Of a DNA stretch of 10,785 bases, positions 1 to 6,109 are shown piece after piece. This DNA is from Candidatus Bathyarchaeia archaeon (GTDB lineage Archaea; Thermoproteota; Bathyarchaeia; Bathyarchaeales; Bathycorpusculaceae). Position 1 is the first letter of the stretch. Every line of letters begins with the position of its first letter. The position numbers and the translations under genes were made by a program. Where the stretch lies: NCBI GenBank assembly GCA_038883715.1, contig JAVZLS010000026.1, positions 1 through 10,785 on the forward strand, written 5' to 3'. The notes under the pieces are model-generated. The model saw only the letters and a program-made list of their open reading frames with translations. It did not search any database and was not told the DNA's origin.

Positions 1-361
1 GCTCTAAAGCCTCCTTCAGTTGGAGGGCTGTTGCTGTGTCAACAATGTCGTAGCTTGTGGCGCCAAGATGCACATAAGCCCCGCTTGGACCGCTTGCTTC
101 GGCTAAAGCCCTAACAAGAGCCATAACATCATGCTTAATTTCACGTTCAATCTCTTTTATGCGCTCAAGTTTGACGTGCCTAAGCGAAGCCACAGCCATA
201 ATTCGCTTTGCATCTTTGCGTGGAATGTTGCCAACCTCGGCGTGAGCCCATGCCAAAGCGGCTTCAACGTCCAGCATTTTCTGAACTCGGTTTTCCTCCT
301 CGAAAATCCGCCGCATTTCCGGAGTCCCATAACGTCCAGTGTCAATTGGGAGGATTGGCAA
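1..361 (-). CDS. purB: Adenylosuccinate lyase, N-terminal ~120 aa (runs off the left edge of the window)
   Basis: Not in the ORF track; translated by hand from TTG at 361: MPILPIDTGRYGTPEMRRIFEEENRVQKMLDVEAALAWAHAEVGNIP...IKEIEREIKHDVMALVRALAEASGPSGAYVHLGATSYDIVDTA. RYG..EM..IF, E...HDVMA and HLGATSYDI.DTA are adenylosuccinate lyase signatures. A purine-rich AGAGGGAA lies upstream of the TTG. Confidence 0.95.
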   Translation of the reverse strand, partial: MPILPIDTGRYGTPEMRRIFEEENRVQKMLDVEAALAWAHAEVGNIPRKDAKRIMAVASLRHVKLERIKEIEREIKHDVMALVRALAEASGPSGAYVHLGATSYDIVDTATALQLKEALE

Positions 362-397
362 GCCTTATTCCCTCTGAAAAGATAGCATGCTTAAGGA

Positions 398-1111
398 TTA
401 ATGCTTTTCCAGTTCTCTAACAACCTGTTCCAGTAAACCTATTCTGGGGATTATGTAAACCTTCCAGCTTGAAAGCTTAACAACACCATCCACATTCTCG
501 TCAATTAGCACAGCATTCATGTGGGAAAGCACAGCGCCAACCAAATCCTCAAAAACACTGTCGCCGACATGCAAGGCCTCATGCGGCTGAACACTAAGCT
601 TCGAAAGTGCCTTCACAAAAATATCTGGTTTCGGCTTTGAAACCCCCAACTCATCAGCATAAAACTGTTCATCAATAAACCTGGACAAACCAGCCTTCTC
701 AAGCAAGATTCTGTTGTAGCTTCCAGGCCAGAAAACCACGTTACCCACAACCACAACCTTAACCCCCAACTCCTTAACGCGGCGAACAGTTTCTCTTGCA
801 TCTTCTATAAGGTGCTGCTCTGCTGAATGCTTCTCAGTTGCGGCAAGAATTGCCCTCGAAACAGTATCAGCCTTTACGCCAAGATACTTGGCTATTACTT
901 CAAGAGCTGATGGAACAATTTCAGAATCCTTAAACCCGCCAGCCCGCCTAATAGCCCTAACCTTCCCATAACCTTCAACAAGCCTATCCGCAATTGTTTC
1001 TGGCGGCATATTCATGAGCTTTGCCAATTCGAAGGCAATGCTGCGATAATAGGACTTTACAGACAACAATGTGTCCCAAACATCAAAGCTTACAAGCTTA
1101 ACTCCCAGCAC
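398..1111 (-). CDS. HAD-superfamily hydrolase, subfamily IA (resembles Thermococcales PH0253-type proteins as I recall them)
   Basis: Motif I FDVWDTLL, motif II region VVGNVVFWPG, motif III SKPKP, motif IV HVGDSVFED. The ORF track starts at ATG 1141, but GTG at 1111 follows GAGAGGGAG and sits just before motif I, so it is the likelier start. Confidence 0.9.
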   Translation of the reverse strand: MLGVKLVSFDVWDTLLSVKSYYRSIAFELAKLMNMPPETIADRLVEGYGKVRAIRRAGGFKDSEIVPSALEVIAKYLGVKADTVSRAILAATEKHSAEQHLIEDARETVRRVKELGVKVVVVGNVVFWPGSYNRILLEKAGLSRFIDEQFYADELGVSKPKPDIFVKALSKLSVQPHEALHVGDSVFEDLVGAVLSHMNAVLIDENVDGVVKLSSWKVYIIPRIGLLEQVVRELEKH

Positions 1112-1141
1112 TAAAGTCTCCCTCTCAATGTTAATGTGCAC

Positions 1142-1211
1142 CTAGACAGTTTTCAAAATGCCTGTTTAAGATTATAAGCTTGAATAACAAATGACATCAT
1201 AGAGGGTAATC
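1142..1211. promoter_or_regulatory. Divergent promoter region between the HAD hydrolase and methyltransferase genes
   Basis: AT-rich gap with TTTAAG and ATTATAAG (about 1164-1178), TATA-like on both strands. SD-like GAGGG at 1202-1206. Confidence 0.5.
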
Positions 1212-2009
1212 ATGAGCTCGCAAGAATCCAGAGTCGTTAAATATTATAGAAAATTGGCTGAAAGCTATGATGAAGGCTATGCTGGCGATTTTTGGAAGCA
1301 AATTTACGACAAGATTACTTGGCGCTATATTGAACCCTACCTTCCAAAAGATGGCATAGTGTTGGATGCTGGCGGCGGAACTGGCAAGTGGGCGATTCCG
1401 GTAGCCAAAAAAGGTTTGAAGGTTATAATTTATGATATTTCTGAGGATATGCTCAAAATTGCCATTAGAAAAGTTAAGGTGCAAGGCCTTGAAGAAAGGA
1501 TAAGCACCAAGCATGGTGATATATGCAAAATGGATTTTCCAGATGAAAGTTTTGATTTCGTTTTGGCTGAGGGCGACCCAATCTCCTACTGTAGTGACCC
1601 AGATAAGGCTGTTTCAGAAATTTACCGTGTACTAAAACCCAAATGCTTCGCCGCGGCAGGGGTTGATAACACGTACACTGCGGTTAGAAGCGCCATTATT
1701 CATCATCAAGATACTGCTTCAGCCCTCAAAGTTTTAAGAGAAAAGAGATATTATTCGGAGGAGTGCGGCTTCCACTGGTGGACTTTCGCACCAAACGACA
1801 TAAAGCAACTTTTTGAAAGGCACGGGTTTAATGTTGTAAAAATAGTTGGGAAACCCGTCTTATACATATACCATCATGAAAAGGTGCAGGAAATGCTGAA
1901 GGATTCTGAAAAGGCTGAGCAAATTCTTAACCTTGAACTCGCGTTATGCGAAGACCCTAGCATAGTTGGGTGTGCGGGGCATCTTCATATAGTTGCAAGA
2001 AAACCATAA
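1212..2009 (+). CDS. Class I SAM-dependent methyltransferase (Methyltransf_11/UbiE-like fold), substrate unknown
   Basis: Motif I VLDAGGGTG, acidic YDISEDML, GDICKMDFPDESFDFV and EIYRVLKP post-motifs; 265 aa. Confidence 0.92.
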   Translation: MSSQESRVVKYYRKLAESYDEGYAGDFWKQIYDKITWRYIEPYLPKDGIVLDAGGGTGKWAIPVAKKGLKVIIYDISEDMLKIAIRKVKVQGLEERISTKHGDICKMDFPDESFDFVLAEGDPISYCSDPDKAVSEIYRVLKPKCFAAAGVDNTYTAVRSAIIHHQDTASALKVLREKRYYSEECGFHWWTFAPNDIKQLFERHGFNVVKIVGKPVLYIYHHEKVQEMLKDSEKAEQILNLELALCEDPSIVGCAGHLHIVARKP

Positions 2010-2058
2010 CCAGATGCGATTCGCAACATAATGTTCCTCTAATAACGAGGGTAATGGC

Positions 2059-3525
2059 TTGAAGGCTATTGTAACTGTTCTAGACAGGAGAGGAGAGAAC
2101 GCTGTTCAAAAGGCAGCTTCGATGCTGGCTGTTTTGGGACGAGAAGGCGCAGACGCTTTCGCCATAGCAACAAAAAACCAAATCGTAGTGAAAGAGTCTT
2201 TGGAGAAGTTGCAAGTTGAAGGCTTGAAATCCTCAATAACCATAGGACATGTTTTTCTGAAGATTCTAGCCCGAGACAAGCCCCAACTAAAACAAATTGG
2301 CAATGCAACCTTCACTTTTGACGGACGAATCTACGCTTCAAGCGTTGAGCCTTCTGAGGCTTATGTTGTTGCGCAGAAGCTTGAAAAGGGCATCGAGGTC
2401 GGCGCGGAAGCGCTTCTAAGAGAATTTGACGGCTGCTTCGCTTTCGCCATAGCCAAAGATGGTAAACTAATCGTTGGAAGAGACGCTTTAGGCTTGTATC
2501 CGCTCTATTACGGCGAAAGTGGAAGCCTTCTTGCCTTTGCATCCGAGCGCAAGGCATTATGGAAAATCGGCATAAAAAGGGCACAGTCCTTTCCACCAGG
2601 GCATTTACTGATAGCGGAAAAAAAGAGTTTCAAGATGAAGCCAGTTAAAGTTCTCAGTCGTTCTGTAACCGCATCCCTATCAATGGAGGAAGCAGCCAAA
2701 AGGCTTCAAACACTCTTGGAACAGTCAACAATAGAAAGAACGCATGGCTTAGGCGAGGTTGCAGTGGCTTTTTCAGGAGGCTTAGACAGCAGCCTAATCG
2801 CGTGGCTTGCAAAAATGGCCGGAGTCAAGGTTCGCCTAATCCACGTAAGCCTCAAAAACCAGCCGGAAACGGAGCGCGCAGAAAAAGCCGCCAGCCAACT
2901 TGACGTGTCCTTCCATGAATTCTTGTATGATAAGGAGGATGTGGCGCAAACGCTGCCCAAAGTTTTGTTGGCAATAGAAGAACCTAACCCCCTTACGACA
3001 AGCATCGGTGTGCCAATCTTTTGGGCTGCTGAAAAGACAACTGAGCTTGGTTTTAGAGTTCTTTTCACCGGACAGGGGGCAGACGAGTATTTTGGCGGAT
3101 ATAGGCGTTACTTAAACATTTACAAGCGTTTTGGAGAAGAAGCCGCTGAAAAGGCAGCGGTTCACGACATTCTAACAATGCATGAGAGCAACTTTGAAAG
3201 GGACAGCAAAATCTGTGCCTTCAACAATGTGGAACTCCGCTTGCCCTTCGCCTCTTATCCAATCGCAGAGTTCGCCCTAAACTTGCCATTAAGAATGAAA
3301 GTAGAGTCGCCAAGCGACCTCCTCCGAAAGGCTGTTCTGAGAAGGGCTGCAGAGAGGCTTGGGCTGCCCTCTGAGATGGTTTGTAGACCAAAGAAGGCTG
3401 TTCAATATGCCACTGGTGTTGCTAAGGCTGTTAGGCGGTTAGCTAAAAGGGAAGGGCTAAGAGTAGAACAGTTTTTGCAGAAGCTGTTCTTAAAGGTTTT
3501 TGATGAATTTTACAGGTGTTTTTAA
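2059..3525 (+). CDS. Asparagine synthetase B-like protein: degenerate Ntn glutaminase domain plus an intact ATP-pyrophosphatase synthetase domain
   Basis: The C-terminal domain has PP-loop AFSGGLDSS, TGQGADEYFGGY, ELRLPF and RPKKAVQY. The N-terminal domain keeps DGCFAF and RDALGLYPLYY but begins MKAIV rather than MCGI. TTG start preceded by GAGGG. Confidence 0.9.
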   Translation: MKAIVTVLDRRGENAVQKAASMLAVLGREGADAFAIATKNQIVVKESLEKLQVEGLKSSITIGHVFLKILARDKPQLKQIGNATFTFDGRIYASSVEPSEAYVVAQKLEKGIEVGAEALLREFDGCFAFAIAKDGKLIVGRDALGLYPLYYGESGSLLAFASERKALWKIGIKRAQSFPPGHLLIAEKKSFKMKPVKVLSRSVTASLSMEEAAKRLQTLLEQSTIERTHGLGEVAVAFSGGLDSSLIAWLAKMAGVKVRLIHVSLKNQPETERAEKAASQLDVSFHEFLYDKEDVAQTLPKVLLAIEEPNPLTTSIGVPIFWAAEKTTELGFRVLFTGQGADEYFGGYRRYLNIYKRFGEEAAEKAAVHDILTMHESNFERDSKICAFNNVELRLPFASYPIAEFALNLPLRMKVESPSDLLRKAVLRRAAERLGLPSEMVCRPKKAVQYATGVAKAVRRLAKREGLRVEQFLQKLFLKVFDEFYRCF

Positions 3526-3545
3526 AGAAAGGGATTGGGTGGCGG

Positions 3546-3728
3546 TTATTCGATTACTTGGATGGCGCTTTCTGGACATTGAGCTTCACACGCCCTGCAG
3601 ACGAGACATTCTTCCACTTTTACGGGAACGGATTTTCCGTCCTTTATTTCATAAACGCCTACTGGGCATGTGTCGACGCATGTGCCGCATCCTGTGCACT
3701 TGTGGTTGTCAACCACTATTTTTACCAT
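3546..3728 (-). CDS. 2[4Fe-4S] dicluster ferredoxin (60 aa)
   Basis: Two CxxCxxCxxxCP motifs: CTGCGTCVDTCP and CLVCRACEAQCP. Purine-rich GAAGGGGGA precedes the ATG. Confidence 0.96.
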   Translation of the reverse strand: MVKIVVDNHKCTGCGTCVDTCPVGVYEIKDGKSVPVKVEECLVCRACEAQCPESAIQVIE

Positions 3729-3792
3729 TTTATTCCCCCTTCAGCTAGATTTCCTTCAAATTTTAGGGGTGAAATAAAAGCCTTTAGGTTGG

Positions 3793-5496
3793 CTAGTGGG
3801 TTTCTTCACGTATCCTTAACAGAATTCCGCTTATGGTGGTTTCAGCTTTTTCCCTTCTGCTTTCATAGTCTGCCAAAAGTTTGCGGTAAGCCTCCAATGT
3901 TAGGTCGCCCCTCCGATGACGGGCTTCAATACTCCTAACATTGGATTCAACTTCGTTAAGTTCTGTTTCCGCAACCTCAAGCTGGCGCATCAAATCCGCG
4001 TAGCGTCCCCCAGCGGACCTAAGCTTCAACTTCAAATCGTCTAAGCTTCTGGACAAAGCTGCAAGTCGCGTTTCCAAGGTTTTCCTTTGCACTTTATACC
4101 TCTGTCTCGGGATTCTTCCCTTGCTAACCGCCACCTCAAGGGACTTCAAATCCGATGTTATCCGCCGCTTCTCCTCGTAGGATTCCACAAACTTTCTGAG
4201 GGTTTCTGGACTCAGCCTAACAGCAACGGTTGGTACCGCAATAACGGCCTCTGGTGCTTTTGGTCTTCGCCAAACAGCGACAATGGCGCATCCCAAAATC
4301 GCTATAGCCCAAACCCATAGCGTGGGTCGGAAAGCCAACCACAATGGATTATAGTCATATGCTAATTCCAAAGTGAAGTTGTCCAGGGATAAAACACTTT
4401 GTTTACTTATGGTGACCTTTTCTTGGAATATGTCCCTTGACGTGCCAAATGTGTCAATGGACAAAACGCTGTTGAGGCTTAAATTTGTGATTTTGGCGCC
4501 TTCTGGCAATGTGATAGTTATGGATGCTTTCTCAATGCAGTAGTTTATTTCTTGGAAAAATGTGAAACTCGTGCCCTTTGGCAAGTTATACCTTACAATA
4601 AACCTTGTTGATTTGCCGCTTTCAACTGGTAAGGATAATCTTACGTTGTACATGTTAGTTCCGGTACTCGATATATTGCCCTTTCTCCCAAACTCGTCTT
4701 CAACAATTGGTTTGCCTACAACGTTCGGAGGGAGAGCCACCTTAACAGAGGTTATCTGTTGTGGCGAATCATTCCTTATGTAATAGCTGTCTGAAACCAT
4801 AATCTCGCCCATGCTGCTAACGTTAACTTCGCGTTTAAACTCTATCACGGCGAATAGCTGTATATCGTCGGTGGTCAGCTGAAAAGTCAAGTTCGCCGGT
4901 TCGTATGTGAACTGTGGCAACGGCTTATTCACTGAATAGTTTGTCGCGTTAACGGTCCCAGTGCCGCTTAAAAATTTTGCACCTGATGGCAAAACAACCG
5001 AAGCATTACATAAAGAGGCATCTACTGTAAGGCTTGGGTAAGCTGGAAAATCTAGGGTGTAGAGGCTTGTGTTTTGCGGGTTCTGTCTGAGAAGGTTGTT
5101 TGAAAGCACAAAAATGATGCTGAAAACTCCATTTTGTGGCTGCGGATTTAAGGTGACGTTAAATCCGTAAAAGCCCATGCGGTTGTCTAATGGTACATCG
5201 CTGACAACGTTGTATTGTTGAGCGAAATCAGCTGTGTCATAGGCTATGTAGCGGATGACATAGGGCGCGTACTTGTATGGAAAACCAATAAGGAAACCGT
5301 TTTGCGCGCTCCCGTTCACTTTTATTGTATCGTTTACAAGGATGTAACCGTTATAAAGAATTTTCACTTCATGATTAACCCACTCAACATTGTATGAGGG
5401 AGCATCCGCCTCAGCGTGTCCAATATAAACTATGTTTAAAACGAGAATTAACAGCGTAGCCGTCAAGATCGTGAAAGCCAACGCTTTCCTTTTCAA
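3793..5496 (-). CDS. Type I membrane glycoprotein, Ribophorin I (RPN1/Ost1)-like, with a coiled-coil cytoplasmic tail
   Basis: Signal peptide MKRK + hydrophobic core + AEA. Beta-rich ectodomain (aa ~31-385) with 13 N-x-S/T sequons and the motifs REVNVSSMGEIMVSDSY, LP..DEFG, FIVRYNLP and ITLPEGAK. One TM helix (aa ~392-409) followed by RRPK, then a charged helical tail. TTG start with GGAGG upstream. The CDS is secure; the Ribophorin call rests on recalled motif similarity. Confidence 0.75.
   Translation of the reverse strand: MKRKALAFTILTATLLILVLNIVYIGHAEADAPSYNVEWVNHEVKILYNGYILVNDTIKVNGSAQNGFLIGFPYKYAPYVIRYIAYDTADFAQQYNVVSDVPLDNRMGFYGFNVTLNPQPQNGVFSIIFVLSNNLLRQNPQNTSLYTLDFPAYPSLTVDASLCNASVVLPSGAKFLSGTGTVNATNYSVNKPLPQFTYEPANLTFQLTTDDIQLFAVIEFKREVNVSSMGEIMVSDSYYIRNDSPQQITSVKVALPPNVVGKPIVEDEFGRKGNISSTGTNMYNVRLSLPVESGKSTRFIVRYNLPKGTSFTFFQEINYCIEKASITITLPEGAKITNLSLNSVLSIDTFGTSRDIFQEKVTISKQSVLSLDNFTLELAYDYNPLWLAFRPTLWVWAIAILGCAIVAVWRRPKAPEAVIAVPTVAVRLSPETLRKFVESYEEKRRITSDLKSLEVAVSKGRIPRQRYKVQRKTLETRLAALSRSLDDLKLKLRSAGGRYADLMRQLEVAETELNEVESNVRSIEARHRRGDLTLEAYRKLLADYESRREKAETTISGILLRIREETH
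3796..4215 (-). repeat. Protein-level tandem duplication (2 x 70 aa) in the cytoplasmic tail of the Ribophorin-like protein
   Basis: aa 428-497 align without gaps to aa 498-567, with identities R434/R504, S448/S518, S452/S522, E454/E524, G460/G530, Y467/Y537, E475/E545, R477/R547, L490/L560, R493/R563 and a conserved hydrophobic register. Confidence 0.75.
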
Positions 5497-5594
5497 GCTT
5501 TTTCCTCCACCGCTTAAACTTTGAAATTCTGGCTTTCTAAATATTAAAAGACCTATTTATTTACTTTTGGAAACATCCAGCCTTCTGGCAGCAT

Positions 5595-6035
5595 TTAACG
5601 AAACTGCTGTGAATGCTTTTTTAGTTTGTAGACGAATACTTCTCTTTTCTGCCCCCTTATGTCAGGCTGAATCTCCACATGCACAGACGACACGTTGTAC
5701 TGTCCTAGGAACACGTATTTACCCGGCGACTTCTTCTCAAAAACAAATATTGGATAGCCTTCCGTCATCTGCCTCTTTAATGCCAGATTCCCCCTTTCCA
5801 TTTTCTGGTTTCCAACTCGTCCCTCACCAGTGTAAAGAAGGGCGTCATCCTCCAAACGGTCATGATACGGATTTCGTAGGCTTTCTTCCGGCGTTTTGTG
5901 TAAAACTGTTATCAGAACAATATGTCTAATTCCCTTTTGTAAGCTTCCGTTGTACCTTATCCCCCGCTGGGCGCAGACGCCGAAAATTCTTGAGATTTCA
6001 CGATTGCTTAGAATGTCGCCAAATTTCAGCAACAT
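5595..6035 (-). CDS. Stand-alone SRA/YDG (PUA-like) domain protein, putative modified-cytosine reader (~146 aa)
   Basis: RGIR...NPYHD...LLYTGEG..GNQKMERGNLAL...PIFVF.K...YVFLG matches the SRA pattern Y-x-D...YTGxG...Q...GNxAL. The likely start is ATG 6035 (or GTG 6038); the track's start at 6131 overlaps the opposite-strand gene and the shared promoter. Confidence 0.85.
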   Translation of the reverse strand: MLLKFGDILSNREISRIFGVCAQRGIRYNGSLQKGIRHIVLITVLHKTPEESLRNPYHDRLEDDALLYTGEGRVGNQKMERGNLALKRQMTEGYPIFVFEKKSPGKYVFLGQYNVSSVHVEIQPDIRGQKREVFVYKLKKHSQQFR

Positions 6036-6038
6036 CAC

Positions 6039-6109
6039 TAGAACTATGTATGTATGGTAATAATTTAAAACTAGCCTCAGCCATATCTTCCGTCGAAGGC
6101 TGATTTCGT
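6039..6109. promoter_or_regulatory. Compact divergent promoter shared by the SRA and radical SAM genes
   Basis: TAATTTAAAA at 6061-6070 reads as a TATA box on both strands, about 26 nt from the SRA start and about 40 nt from the radical SAM start. Confidence 0.55.

Noticed and set aside
131-420. Short ORFs 131..385 (+), 157..345 (-) and 208..420 (+)
   Set aside because: They are shadows of the purB reading frame, which the track missed because it has no stop inside the window.
2029-2058. In-frame TGT (Cys) at 2032-2034 upstream of the asnB-like gene as a hidden catalytic Cys
   Set aside because: It directly follows an in-frame TAA, has no in-frame start codon, and lies nine codons too far upstream; the other glutaminase residues are also lost.
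3500-3938. Plus-strand ORFs 3500..3748 (Cys-rich) and 3516..3938
   Set aside because: They are antisense to the ferredoxin and the Ribophorin-like 3' end, with no coherent motif; the Cys pattern is a by-product of the ferredoxin codons.
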